Origin: Bacillales bacterium UBA1719
Lineage (GTDB): Bacteria > Bacillota_I > Bacilli_A > RFN20 > CAG-826
Length of the DNA stretch: 64,000 bases
Assembly (NCBI GenBank): GCA_002317145.1
Contig: DCIT01000003.1
Location: 23,492-87,491, forward strand
Reading direction: 5' to 3'
Shown: one piece after another, positions 9,742-23,097 of the stretch
Layout of the letters: every line of letters begins with the position of its first letter
How positions within the stretch are numbered: the first letter of the stretch is position 1
Position numbers and translations under genes: made by a program
Notes under the pieces: model-generated
What the model saw: only the letters and a program-made list of their open reading frames with translations
The model's database searches: none
What the model was told of the DNA's origin: nothing

Positions 9742-10710
9742 TTATTTGTTTTCGTCTTTCTTTTCTTCAACTGGTTTATCTTCTAAATCGTTTAATTTAG
9801 AGGCATCAACAATTGGAGTAGAAATAGAAGCGCTTGGTAAATCATCAATGGATTTATCTGCTTCTTGAACTTTGTTTTCTTCACGAACTTCTTTTGGTTG
9901 TTCATTTAATGGTTTATCATCTTTTAAGATGTTAGCATCTTTATGTAATAAATCACTTAATGAAGAAGTGGTGGAGAAGTTTTCATCTCTTACTTCTCTA
10001 GGACGTCTGTCGTGTGATCTATGACGATCTCTTCTACGACCATCTCCTAAGATTTCTTTATAGTAAATTCCTTCCGGAGAAGTTTGGAATGCGTGTTCTT
10101 CTTTTCCAACATATTTAATAACTACTGCACGTTTTTCGCCTTCGCCATAAGATTCAGTAGCAATATCATTAAAGTTAGTTAAGACTTGATGAATCATTCT
10201 TCTTTCATCGCTTGTCATTGGATCTAATTTAATGTCGATGTGTTGACGAGAAACTTCTTTTGCAGCGTGGCGTGCAATACCGATAATTTTTGAATATTTC
10301 TTATCTTTATAGTCTCCGACATCTAATAAAATTCTATATCTTCTCTTGAAGTGATTTGAGATTGCTAAACGAACTAAATCGTTTAAAGCTCTTAAGGTTC
10401 TTCCGTTACGTCCAATTAAAATTGGATTACGTTCACTGTTAATGGTAATACGAATAATTCCTTCTTCATTAATTTGACTTGTAGTTTCAATATCTATACC
10501 AATAGATTTAATTGCTTGTTTAAGATAGTTTGCACCATATTCATAAACGTCTTCTAATGTGTAGACATCAATTGTTGCGGATTTTCCTAAACCTAAGATT
10601 CCGTTCTTTTCTTCTTTGATAATGTAGTGAACTTGTTCTTTAGCAATATTAAGTTCTTTACTAGCATTTTCTACCGCTTCTTCGATAGTTTTTCCTTCAA
10701 ATGTTTTCAT
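9742..10710 (-). CDS. khpB: Jag/KhpB RNA-binding protein (KH + R3H domains) with a long charged C-terminal tail
   Basis: Lies directly downstream of yidC as in Firmicutes. Has an R3H-like core. The C-terminal ~120 aa is low-complexity and rich in R, D, E and K. Confidence 0.82.
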   Translation of the reverse strand: MKTFEGKTIEEAVENASKELNIAKEQVHYIIKEEKNGILGLGKSATIDVYTLEDVYEYGANYLKQAIKSIGIDIETTSQINEEGIIRITINSERNPILIGRNGRTLRALNDLVRLAISNHFKRRYRILLDVGDYKDKKYSKIIGIARHAAKEVSRQHIDIKLDPMTSDERRMIHQVLTNFNDIATESYGEGEKRAVVIKYVGKEEHAFQTSPEGIYYKEILGDGRRRDRHRSHDRRPREVRDENFSTTSSLSDLLHKDANILKDDKPLNEQPKEVREENKVQEADKSIDDLPSASISTPIVDASKLNDLEDKPVEEKKDENK

Positions 10711-12332
10711 ATATTACTTTGCTCCTTTTTCTTAAATATTTTGTTCCAAGTTGCTTTGACCCATCTTCCGAATCTCTTGAATTGTCCAGTCATTGCAAGT
10801 TGTAAAACAACAGTTTGAATAATAGAGAATAACGCGCCAGCTAACCAATAAACTCCCATACCTGCAGGTAATGTGAAGCCCATGATAATAATCATTGCTA
10901 ACATGATATATCCAAACCATTTCATTTGTTTTTGTGATTTAGATTGTGCTGGATTTGCTGTTAATTTAGGCAATTTCTTTTCTCTAGCTTTTTGCATCCA
11001 TTGCGGTAATTTCATAGAAACGAATTGAGCAATAGACATGATAATAATTAATGTAAATGCAGTCCAACATCCGTTTGTATTTCCTTGCCAACCTTGTGGG
11101 AATTTTAGTAATGTATTCCAAATAGATTCACTTAAATAGAGGTTCATAACTTGATCGGTTGCAAGAGATGCTGATCCTTGCATAGCGCCCCAAACACCGA
11201 TAAATAATGGGAATTGAACAATCAAGACAACAAGAGTTCCTAGAGGATTAATCTTGTTTTTCTTATATAACGCCATTTGCTCTTGAGAGAGTCTTTGCTT
11301 TTGTGCAGCATTCGTATTTGCATTAGGATATTTAGCTTGAATCTTATTTAATTCAGGTTGTAACATTTGCATCTTTTGTTGTCCGATAGTGGACTTTAAA
11401 GATACAAGTAACAAGAATGTTCTAACGATAAATGTTACTAATAGAATTGATGCTAATTGCCCCCAACCATTCATGCCAAAACTATGAGAGAACGTCTCAG
11501 TTAACCAGGCAATTGGGAATACGATTAATCCTGAAATTAATCCTTTACCCCATGCTTCTCCCCATGTCTTTTGAGTCATTGAAATTTTGCTGTGGTTCCA
11601 ACCGTAGTTACCATATAATCCATCTTTTGTAATACTTATACACGAACGAATATTGTTAACTTTTTGTTTTAAGAATGTTTGATAAGCAGAGGTGAATCCA
11701 GTGTTAGGACATTGATCAACACGTAGTCCTCCATAAGCTGTCCCGCTTATACATTCGTTTTTAATTTGAGTTGTCCAAGATTCAATTTTTGTGAATGAAC
11801 TTTGATTTTTATCTTTGGTGTTATAACCGCCATTGAATTTAACTTGTCCGCCGTGTTGATATAAAGCATCCCTAACATCGGCAGCAGTGCAATCGTTTAT
11901 ATTCTTATTTTCTTTTTCTAAGCATTCACTCATAACTTTTTGATCTAGAGCAAACCAGAATCTTGTATCAGGTACTTTAATTCCACTTGCAATACACGCA
12001 TAGGTTAAACTCTCTTTATCAGAATCAACAAATAATTTAGCAACATGCTTGGTTCCATCATTATTATCGGTTAAAAAATCATTATTTAAATCTTGCCAAT
12101 AATAAATTGTTTCTTTGCTTGTTACAATTTTATTTTTTAGATTTTCATTTGTTTGTTGATTGTATCCTGCATCAGGATTATTCGAATATCTGGTTGTTCC
12201 CATGTCATAGGTAAAATAAATATTCGCTTGATCTTGTGTAGATGCGAAGTTAGCAGTGCAGCTTGCAAGTAAAACAACTCCTAAACCTAAGGCAGTGAAT
12301 AGAGTGATTTTATTTATTGTTTTCTTTTTCAT
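10707..12332 (-). CDS. yidC: membrane protein insertase YidC/Oxa1 with a lipobox and a ~250 aa N-terminal ectodomain
   Basis: Lipoprotein signal LLASC, C-terminal 5-TM YidC core, position after rnpA. Confidence 0.9.
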   Translation of the reverse strand: MKKKTINKITLFTALGLGVVLLASCTANFASTQDQANIYFTYDMGTTRYSNNPDAGYNQQTNENLKNKIVTSKETIYYWQDLNNDFLTDNNDGTKHVAKLFVDSDKESLTYACIASGIKVPDTRFWFALDQKVMSECLEKENKNINDCTAADVRDALYQHGGQVKFNGGYNTKDKNQSSFTKIESWTTQIKNECISGTAYGGLRVDQCPNTGFTSAYQTFLKQKVNNIRSCISITKDGLYGNYGWNHSKISMTQKTWGEAWGKGLISGLIVFPIAWLTETFSHSFGMNGWGQLASILLVTFIVRTFLLLVSLKSTIGQQKMQMLQPELNKIQAKYPNANTNAAQKQRLSQEQMALYKKNKINPLGTLVVLIVQFPLFIGVWGAMQGSASLATDQVMNLYLSESIWNTLLKFPQGWQGNTNGCWTAFTLIIIMSIAQFVSMKLPQWMQKAREKKLPKLTANPAQSKSQKQMKWFGYIMLAMIIIMGFTLPAGMGVYWLAGALFSIIQTVVLQLAMTGQFKRFGRWVKATWNKIFKKKEQSNI

Positions 12333-12651
12333 TGTTATTTCCTAATAATTTTTTTAATGAATCATAGTTTTGTTTGTAAGAATTTTTCTTAAATCCGTCT
12401 CTTACAATAATTATTAAATCAATATTCTTTTTAAAATTTATGATTTCATTAAGTATCGATTTAATCTGTCTTTTTATTCTATTTCTAATAACGGCATTTC
12501 CGATTTTAGATGAGACACTTATTCCAATTCTAGTATGATCTAAATTATTTTTATCATAGTAGATTACATATTCATTATTTTTAATAACTTTATGTTTAGA
12601 AATAATTTGTTTAAATTCTAGATTCTTACGAATTCTATTGATTCTTTTCAT
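12310..12651 (-). CDS. rnpA: ribonuclease P protein component
   Basis: Basic ~113 aa protein immediately after rpmH. The likely start is the ATG at 12649..12651 (MKRINRI...). The ORF track's GTG start at 12684 would overlap rpmH by 32 nt. Confidence 0.85.
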   Translation of the reverse strand: MKRINRIRKNLEFKQIISKHKVIKNNEYVIYYDKNNLDHTRIGISVSSKIGNAVIRNRIKRQIKSILNEIINFKKNIDLIIIVRDGFKKNSYKQNYDSLKKLLGNNNEKENNK

Positions 12652-12652
12652 C

Positions 12653-12793
12653 TTATGCAGATAAGACCTTGCGACCTTTTGCACGTCTTCTTTTTAAGAC
12701 CTTGCGACCATTCTTTGTAGCCATTCTGTTACGAAATCCATGGACGTTCTTGTGCTTTCTTTTGCTTGGTTGATATGTTCTGTGACTAGCCAT
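12653..12793 (-). CDS. rpmH: 50S ribosomal protein L34 (46 aa; ORF below the six-frame track threshold)
   Basis: Hand translation of the minus strand gives [46 protein letters not shown], the canonical L34 sequence. Confidence 0.9.
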   Translation of the reverse strand: MASHRTYQPSKRKHKNVHGFRNRMATKNGRKVLKRRRAKGRKVLSA

Positions 12794-12924
12794 ATACGTC
12801 TCCTTTCAAGTGATAAGATTATATTAAATTAATATAACATTTGCAAATTAAAGATTTAATATTTATTAAATTTTTATATTTTTATACACTTTTTGTTACT
12901 GTGTTTTTAAATTTTTAACTACAT

Positions 12925-13195
12925 TTTTTTATCCACTTGCTGTGTTAATTGATGTTTTTAAAAATGTGGAGATAACGCTTACACATTCGATAATACCTAT
13001 ATAATTCGGTGGTGGATAAAAATTTATTTTGTGGATATTGTTGAAAATTCAAAATGTTGATAATAAATCCACAAGTTTTCCACAGTGGATAACTTTATTT
13101 TTATTAAATTTCTTCTATTTTTATATGTTTTTTTATATAAAATTGTGGAAAATTTAAAATTTATGAAAAAATTGCTATTTATTTTTGTGGATTGT
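12925..13195. other. oriC left module: cluster of at least 7 DnaA boxes (8/9 or 7/9 matches to TTATCCACA) in AT-rich DNA between rpmH and dnaA
   Basis: ttatccact 12929, ggtggataa 13012, tgtggatat 13030, aaatccaca 13063, ttttccaca 13076, agtggataa 13085, tgtggaaaa 13144 and tgtggattg 13186. Confidence 0.75.
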
Positions 13196-13214
13196 TATAT
13201 AATCATTCTCACTT

Positions 13215-14573
13215 ATGCAACAAGAGATAAAAGAATTTAATTCATTGTGGGATAGAATACTAGCGCAATTAAAAACCCGCATCAACGATGATCGAATATT
13301 TGATAGTTTCTTGAGCGATTCGCGCATACATAATATAAATAATAATGTAATACAAATTGTTGTTAATACTAAATTAGCTCAACAAGTTTTATCAACCGTT
13401 TATGTTCACCAAATCGCGCAAACTGTCGAGGAAATTTTACAAAGTAATTATTCTGTATCATTTATTACTAAAGACGAATCTAAACAAGATTTAAAAGTAG
13501 AAACTCCAATAATTTCATTGTTCTCAGATTCACATTTAAGAAGTGATATGACATTTGATAATTTTATTGTTGGTGATTCAAATAAAGAAGCTTTCCAAGC
13601 TGCAACATTAGTCGCAAACGATAAAATAAGTTTATCCAATTTAAATCCATTATTTTTATATTCAAATTCTGGTTTAGGTAAAACTCATTTATTAAACGCA
13701 ATAGGAAATAGAATTAGAGGATTTAATCCGAATAAACGCATTTTATACACAACCGCAGAAGAGTTTTTTAATGAATATATTCACGTTATTAAAGGTGAAA
13801 GATATGAACAACAATTAATGGATTATTTTAAAAATATTGATGTTTTATTAATTGATGATATTCAATTCTTTGCAGGTAAAAAAGGATGCCAAGAATTATT
13901 TTTTACAATCTTCTCAACTTTAATAAATAATAATAGACAAGTTGTAATTACTTCTGATAAACATCCTAATGAATTAAAAGGTTTAGAAAGTCGCTTAGTA
14001 TCGCGTTTTGCGGGTGGTTTACCAGTTTCGATTAATCCACCAGATATTAATACTTCTATTGAAATTAGTAAGTTATATATTAAAGCTTCTGGAATGGATA
14101 TTAATAGAATTGATGAAAGTGTTTTTGTTTTCTTTGCAGAGAAATTTTCATCTAATATTCGTGAGCTTAGAGGAGCGATAAATAAATTATTATTCTACAC
14201 AATTAACATCGCTCAAATTGATCGAATAACTCTAAGTAATGCGATGGAAGCAGTATCTGATTTCTTAAAAGCAAATGAGAGTAATAAAAAATTAAGTGAA
14301 GTAAAAATTATTGATGTTGTTTCTAATTATTATTCATTAACTCCAACTCAATTAACTGGAAATATTAGAACGAGTCAAATTGCATTAGCTAGACATATTG
14401 CAATGTATTTAATGAGAAATTTATTAGATGATTCATTTGATAAAATTGGTTCTGCTTTTGGTGGTAAGGATCATTCCACTGTTATGAGTGCGTGTAAAAA
14501 TGTGGAAAAAGGGTTAAAAATTAATCCAACTTTACAAACAGTAATTAATGAATTAAAAGAGAAATTAAAATAA
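13215..14573 (+). CDS. dnaA: chromosomal replication initiator protein DnaA
   Basis: AAA+ Walker A GLGKTHLL, the DnaA box VII/VIII region and a C-terminal DNA-binding domain, 452 aa. Confidence 0.97.
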   Translation: MQQEIKEFNSLWDRILAQLKTRINDDRIFDSFLSDSRIHNINNNVIQIVVNTKLAQQVLSTVYVHQIAQTVEEILQSNYSVSFITKDESKQDLKVETPIISLFSDSHLRSDMTFDNFIVGDSNKEAFQAATLVANDKISLSNLNPLFLYSNSGLGKTHLLNAIGNRIRGFNPNKRILYTTAEEFFNEYIHVIKGERYEQQLMDYFKNIDVLLIDDIQFFAGKKGCQELFFTIFSTLINNNRQVVITSDKHPNELKGLESRLVSRFAGGLPVSINPPDINTSIEISKLYIKASGMDINRIDESVFVFFAEKFSSNIRELRGAINKLLFYTINIAQIDRITLSNAMEAVSDFLKANESNKKLSEVKIIDVVSNYYSLTPTQLTGNIRTSQIALARHIAMYLMRNLLDDSFDKIGSAFGGKDHSTVMSACKNVEKGLKINPTLQTVINELKEKLK

Positions 14574-14639
14574 TCTTTATTAGAATAATAAAAAACTTTT
14601 ATATAAAAGAATTGTGATATAATTACTCTGGTAAAAAAT

Positions 14640-14665
14640 AAGGGTTATCCACAAATCCACAAAAC
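14640..14665. other. oriC right module: perfect DnaA box TTATCCACA plus an adjacent AATCCACAA box, followed by an AT-rich unwinding region, between dnaA and dnaN
   Basis: Sequence gttatccacaaatccacaaaac, then ttattattattgtt... Confidence 0.75.
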
Positions 14666-14712
14666 TTATTATTATTGTTAAAATTAAGACTTAAAAAGGA
14701 GAATATATAATT

Positions 14713-15828
14713 ATGAGATTTACAATTATTAAAGATGAATTTCTAAAAGCATTAAATGTTGTTAGTAGACCAGTTCCTGTTAAATCATTTGTTGCTAGTT
14801 TAGTTTTTATTAAATTAACATTAGATGAACAAGGATTAACTTTAATAGGTAGTAATGAAACAATTGCTATTTCTACTACAATTCCTCATAAAATTAATGA
14901 TAAAGAAATAATTCGTAATTCTCGTAATGGTGCAGTTTTAATTCAAGGTAAATATTTAACTGAAATTGTTCGTAAATTATCAGGTAAAGAATTAACTTTA
15001 GATGTAGTTGATAATTCAGTAGTTGAAATTACTGATGAAAAATCTTCGTTCCAATTAAATAGTGCACAAGCAGAAGAATATCCTGAATATGATTTTAATG
15101 AAGATGGTGTTGAATTTAATATTTATTCAAAAGATCTTCAAAGTTTAATTGAACAAGTTTCTTTCGCTGCTGCAACAAAAGAAAATAGACCAATGTTAAC
15201 AGCGGTAAATATTACAGGTGAAAATAACCAAATTACCGCAATAGCGCTTGATTCTGCAAGATATGCAAGAAAAACTGTTACTATCGAAAACACTGTTAAT
15301 TTTGTTGTAAATATTCCAGCTAAAACTATTAACGATATTATTAGAATGTTTGAAGATAATATTTCAATTAATGTTGTAGTTAATGAAAGAAAAATATTCT
15401 TTAAATTTGAAAATACAATTATTTCATCAAATTTATTAAATGGTGAATATCCAAATGTTAAAACCATTGTTCCAAAATCTTTTAATTACTTCTTAGAAGT
15501 CAACGCACAAGAGTTTTTAGCGGCTATTGACCGTGTATCCTTACTCTCTAATGAAAAGAGCGCTGTAAAGCTTATTATGAGCAATAATGAAGTAGAAGTC
15601 TTATCTACTTCTAGTGAAATAGGATCTGCAAATGAAAAAATCCCTAATTTCCAATTCACAGGTGATCGTTTAGAGATTTTATTTAATAGTAGTTATGTAA
15701 TTGATGCTATTAAAGCTTTAAAGTGTGATGATATCGTTTTACAATTCATTGCTGAGATGAAACCTTTTGTTATTAAAAACGCAAAAGATGATAATATAAC
15801 TCAGCTAATTACTCCAGTAAGAGCATAA
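14713..15828 (+). CDS. dnaN: DNA polymerase III beta sliding clamp
   Basis: 371 aa in the dnaA-dnaN context with the typical N-terminus MRFTI.KDEFLKAL. Confidence 0.95.
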   Translation: MRFTIIKDEFLKALNVVSRPVPVKSFVASLVFIKLTLDEQGLTLIGSNETIAISTTIPHKINDKEIIRNSRNGAVLIQGKYLTEIVRKLSGKELTLDVVDNSVVEITDEKSSFQLNSAQAEEYPEYDFNEDGVEFNIYSKDLQSLIEQVSFAAATKENRPMLTAVNITGENNQITAIALDSARYARKTVTIENTVNFVVNIPAKTINDIIRMFEDNISINVVVNERKIFFKFENTIISSNLLNGEYPNVKTIVPKSFNYFLEVNAQEFLAAIDRVSLLSNEKSAVKLIMSNNEVEVLSTSSEIGSANEKIPNFQFTGDRLEILFNSSYVIDAIKALKCDDIVLQFIAEMKPFVIKNAKDDNITQLITPVRA

Positions 15829-15850
15829 GGGAATATATATTCCCTTTTTT
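15829..15850 (+). terminator. rho-independent terminator after dnaN
   Basis: Stem gggaatat/atattccc followed by TTTTTT. Confidence 0.6.
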
Positions 15851-15887
15851 ATTTTAAAGGTGTATAATTTTATACGGAGATTTTTTT

Positions 15888-16105
15888 ATGAATAAAAAAA
15901 CCCAAGAAATCACTCTTAAGACTGAATTCATAACTTTAGGGCAATTAATCAAATTATTAAAGATTGTTTCTACAGGTGGAGAAGTTAAAGGATTTCTTGC
16001 TTCTAACACTATTCTAGTTAATAAAATTAACGAGAATAGAAGAGGTAGAAAATTATATAAGAATGATGTAATTGAGGTTAATGGAGACGAAATCTTGCTT
16101 AAATA

Positions 16106-16106
<1 letters not shown>
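15888..16106 (+). CDS. yaaA: S4-domain RNA-binding protein YaaA
   Basis: 72 aa S4-like fold between dnaN and recF, the conserved Firmicute position. Overlaps the recF start. Confidence 0.8.
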
Positions 16107-19200
<3,094 letters not shown>

Positions 19201-19210
19201 GGAGAAGGGT

Positions 19211-21790
19211 ATGGCTGAAGAAAATAAAAAAATAGAAAAGCCTGAAACTGAAGCTGAAGCTGGAATCGTTCCAGGTCTTCAAGATGTTGATATTTCTGAA
19301 CAAGTCCAAAGCGCATTCTTAGACTATGCAATGAGCGTTATCGTCGCTCGTGCAATTCCAGATGTTCGAGATGGTATGAAACCTGTTCATCGTCGTATTA
19401 TTTATTCGATGTATGAATCTGGCACAACACCAGATAAACCTCATAAAAAATGTGCACGTATCGTTGGTGATGTTATGGGTAAATATCACCCACATGGTGA
19501 CGCAGCAATTTATGGTGCAGTCGTTAGATTAGCACAACCATTCGCAATGAGAAATACTCTAGTTGATGGTCATGGTAACTTTGGTAGTATCGATGGTGAT
19601 GAACCTGCAGCTTATCGTTATACAGAAGCTAGATTAGAAAAACTCGCATTACAATTAGTTAAAGATATTGATTGTGATGTTGTTGACTTCATGGATAACT
19701 ATGATGGTGTTGATAGAGAACCTACAGTATTGCCATCAAGATTCCCTAACTTATTAGTTAATGGTAGTAGTGGTATCGCTGTTGGTATGGCGACAAACAT
19801 TCCTACTCATAACTTAGGTGAAGCAATTGATGCAACTATTGCTGTTGCGAAAAATCCAGAATTAACAGCATTAGATATTATGAATATTATGCCTGGCCCT
19901 GACTTCCCAACTGGTGGAATTATTTTAGGTAGACAAGGTATTAAAGAAGCTTATGAAACTGGTAGTGGATCAATTGTTATTCGTTCTAAATGTCAAGTTG
20001 AAGAAGATGAAAAATCTGGCAAGAAGAGAATCATAATTGAAGAAGTTCCTTACGGAGTTAATAAGGCTAGATTAATAGAAAATATCGCAACTTTAGTTAA
20101 AGATAAAATAGTTGAAGGTATTACAAATATTCGTGATGAATCTAACAAAGAAGGTATTCGTGTTGTTATTGATGTAAGACATGATTGCATCCCTGAAGTT
20201 ATCCTTAATCACTTATATAAATTAACTCAATTACAAACTTCATTTGGTATCATTTTCCTTTGCTTAGAAAATGGCGCGCCAAAGATCTTACCTGTTACAA
20301 CAATTTTAAAAGATTATCTCGAACATCAAATTGATGTAATTTCGCGTAGAACTAAATTCTTATTGAAGAAAGATGAAGATCGTAAACATATCGTTCAAGG
20401 TTTATTAAAAGCAATTGATAAAATTGATGATATTGTTGAAGACATTAAGAAGAGTGCAACTCCTGAAATTGCTTCTCAAACCTTAATGAATAAATATGGT
20501 TTAAGTGAACCTCAAACTCAAGCAATCTTAGCGATGACATTATCTAGATTAACAGGTTTAGCTAAGAAGAAACTTGATGATGAATTAGCGGAACTTGAAG
20601 AACACATTAAGAACTATAATCACATCCTTGAATCTCGTGCGAACGAAATTGAAGTTGTTATTAAAGAACTTGAAGAAGTCAAAGCAAAATTCGCTGACGA
20701 AAGAAGAACAACAATCTCTGATTCTTTAGGAGATATCGATGATGAATCATTAATTCCACAACAAGACATTGTTGTTGTCATTACTCAAAACGGTTACGTT
20801 AAGAGAATGACCGCGAACACCTTTAGAACACAAAATAGAGGTGGTAGAGGAATTAAAGGCGCCACTGTTGGAGATACTGATTTAATTAAATTATTACTCC
20901 ATACAAACACTCATACTGATTTATTATTCTTCTCTAATAAAGGTAAGGTATATCGCTTAAGAGGATATAAAGTACCAGAAGGTGGAAGAATATCAAAAGG
21001 TATTCCAGTTCAAAACTTACTCAACCTTGAGAAAGAAGAAAAAATTATGTCAATTATTGACTTAGAGGATTCATTAGGTAATACCGGATTCTTAACATTC
21101 TTCACACGTAATGGTTTAGTTAAACGTACACCAATTGAAGAATATTTATCCATTAGACAAAATGGTAAGATCGCTATCGGATTAAGAGAAGGCGATAGCT
21201 TACTTGATGTTAAACATACTAATGGTGAATGTATCTTATCTATGTCATCTGCAAAAGGTAAGATGGTCTCATTCCCAGAAGCTACTGCTAGAGCCATGGG
21301 TAGAACCGCTACTGGTGTTAGAGGCATGAATGCTAACGGAACATTTGTGGTCTCTGCTTCTACTTCCTTAGAAGGTAATATCATTTTAGCGATAACTCAA
21401 AATGGTTATGGCAAGATGACAGAAGCTGCTGAATATCGTCAAACTAACCGTGGTACAAAAGGTGTCTTAACACTTAACACTACTCAAAAGAATGGTCGAT
21501 TAATTGCCACAAAAGCAATTAAAGGTGATGAAGACTTAATGGTTATCACTACTGGTGGAATTGTCATTAGAATTCCAATTAATCAAATTAAATTAAGTGG
21601 TCGTAACACTCAAGGCGTTCGTGTCATTCGCTTAGATGAAGGACAAAAAGTTTCTTCTTTAACAATTCTCCCACATGAATTAAATGATGATAGTGCACCT
21701 GTCGAAGGTGAAGAAGTAACTGAAGAAGTTGCTGAAGAACCTACTGAAGAAAAAGAAGAAAAGGTTGTTTCACCAGACGAAATTGAATAA
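19211..21790 (+). CDS. gyrA: DNA gyrase subunit A
   Basis: Region around the active-site Tyr (AAYRYTEARL), QRDR-like HPHGDAAIYGA, C-terminal beta-pinwheel repeats and an acidic tail. Confidence 0.97.
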   Translation: MAEENKKIEKPETEAEAGIVPGLQDVDISEQVQSAFLDYAMSVIVARAIPDVRDGMKPVHRRIIYSMYESGTTPDKPHKKCARIVGDVMGKYHPHGDAAIYGAVVRLAQPFAMRNTLVDGHGNFGSIDGDEPAAYRYTEARLEKLALQLVKDIDCDVVDFMDNYDGVDREPTVLPSRFPNLLVNGSSGIAVGMATNIPTHNLGEAIDATIAVAKNPELTALDIMNIMPGPDFPTGGIILGRQGIKEAYETGSGSIVIRSKCQVEEDEKSGKKRIIIEEVPYGVNKARLIENIATLVKDKIVEGITNIRDESNKEGIRVVIDVRHDCIPEVILNHLYKLTQLQTSFGIIFLCLENGAPKILPVTTILKDYLEHQIDVISRRTKFLLKKDEDRKHIVQGLLKAIDKIDDIVEDIKKSATPEIASQTLMNKYGLSEPQTQAILAMTLSRLTGLAKKKLDDELAELEEHIKNYNHILESRANEIEVVIKELEEVKAKFADERRTTISDSLGDIDDESLIPQQDIVVVITQNGYVKRMTANTFRTQNRGGRGIKGATVGDTDLIKLLLHTNTHTDLLFFSNKGKVYRLRGYKVPEGGRISKGIPVQNLLNLEKEEKIMSIIDLEDSLGNTGFLTFFTRNGLVKRTPIEEYLSIRQNGKIAIGLREGDSLLDVKHTNGECILSMSSAKGKMVSFPEATARAMGRTATGVRGMNANGTFVVSASTSLEGNIILAITQNGYGKMTEAAEYRQTNRGTKGVLTLNTTQKNGRLIATKAIKGDEDLMVITTGGIVIRIPINQIKLSGRNTQGVRVIRLDEGQKVSSLTILPHELNDDSAPVEGEEVTEEVAEEPTEEKEEKVVSPDEIE

Positions 21791-21814
21791 TAAATTGTCT
21801 AGAGGATTTTAAAC

Positions 21815-23089
21815 ATGATAGACATTAAACTTATTTTAGAAAAACCAGACTATGTTAGAAAAGCTTTAAAGAAAAAACTCTGGGATTTTGATCCTACTCC
21901 TGTTATTGAATTAGCGAATAAAAGAAAAGAGTTAATTTTAAAAACAGAGACTAATAAAGCTGAACAAAATAAATTATCAGCTTTAGTCCCTCAATATAAA
22001 AAGGAAGGAAAAGATCCAAAAGAAATTTTTGTGAAGGTTAAAGCATTAGCTGCTGAAAACAAAGATGGTGAAGTCAAACTAAAAGAAATAGAGGCTAAAA
22101 TGCACGATATCATCGCAGAATTACCAAATATTCCTGATGATGATTTATTAGAAGGCGGCAAAGAAAATAATAAAGTAATTAAACAAGTTAATAAGAAACC
22201 TGAATTTAAATTTAAAGTTAAAGATCATGTTGAATTAGCAAAATCTTTAGGACTTATTGATTATGATCGTGCCGCAAAAATTTCTGGTAGTGGAACTTGG
22301 ATTTATACTGATCTAGGTGCGCAACTAGAATGGGCATTAATTAACTATTTTATTTCCACTCATTTAAAGAATGGTTATACATTCATACTTCCTCCTCATA
22401 TGTTAAATGATGAGTCAGGTTATGGAGCGGGACAATTCCCTAAATTTAGAAACGCTGTATTTAAAGTTGATGGTATTGATCGTTTCTTACTTCCAACTGC
22501 TGAAACAGCCTTAGTGAATTATCATCGTAATGAAATCTTAAAAGAAGATGAATTACCAAGAAAATATTTCGCCTATACTCCATGCTATCGTCAAGAAGCA
22601 GGAAGCTATAGAACTGAAGAAAGAGGAATGATTCGTGGTTATCAATTTAACAAAGTTGAAATCGTTCAATATACTTCTGACACTGGTAGCGATAAAGCCT
22701 TTGAAGAAATGGTTAATATCGCTGCAGGATTAGTTGAAAAACTTGGATTACATTTCCAATTATCAAAGTTAGCCGCAGGTGATTGCTCTCACTCAATGGC
22801 AAGAACTTATGATATTGAAGTTTATATCCCAAGTATGAATATTTATAAAGAAGTTTCTAGTGCCTCTAACGCTAGAGATTATCAAGCAAGAAGAACAATG
22901 TGTAGATATAAAGATAAGGATGGCAAAGTCCATTTCTGTCACACATTAAATGCTTCTGGACTAGCGACATCTCGCTTATTCCCAGCAATTTTAGAGCAAT
23001 TCCAACAAGAAGATGGAAGTGTAATAATTCCTGAAGTATTACGCCCATTCATGAACGGAATTTCAAAGATTTCACCAAAAAAGAAATAA
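21815..23089 (+). CDS. serS: seryl-tRNA synthetase
   Basis: Class II aaRS motifs, N-terminal coiled-coil arm, 424 aa. Confidence 0.95.
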   Translation: MIDIKLILEKPDYVRKALKKKLWDFDPTPVIELANKRKELILKTETNKAEQNKLSALVPQYKKEGKDPKEIFVKVKALAAENKDGEVKLKEIEAKMHDIIAELPNIPDDDLLEGGKENNKVIKQVNKKPEFKFKVKDHVELAKSLGLIDYDRAAKISGSGTWIYTDLGAQLEWALINYFISTHLKNGYTFILPPHMLNDESGYGAGQFPKFRNAVFKVDGIDRFLLPTAETALVNYHRNEILKEDELPRKYFAYTPCYRQEAGSYRTEERGMIRGYQFNKVEIVQYTSDTGSDKAFEEMVNIAAGLVEKLGLHFQLSKLAAGDCSHSMARTYDIEVYIPSMNIYKEVSSASNARDYQARRTMCRYKDKDGKVHFCHTLNASGLATSRLFPAILEQFQQEDGSVIIPEVLRPFMNGISKISPKKK

Positions 23090-23097
23090 ATGATATT

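Noticed and set aside
12653-12720. 15-nt direct repeat (aagaccttgcgacc occurring twice)
   Set aside because: It lies inside rpmH and simply encodes the duplicated GRKVL segment of L34. It is not a regulatory or mobile repeat.
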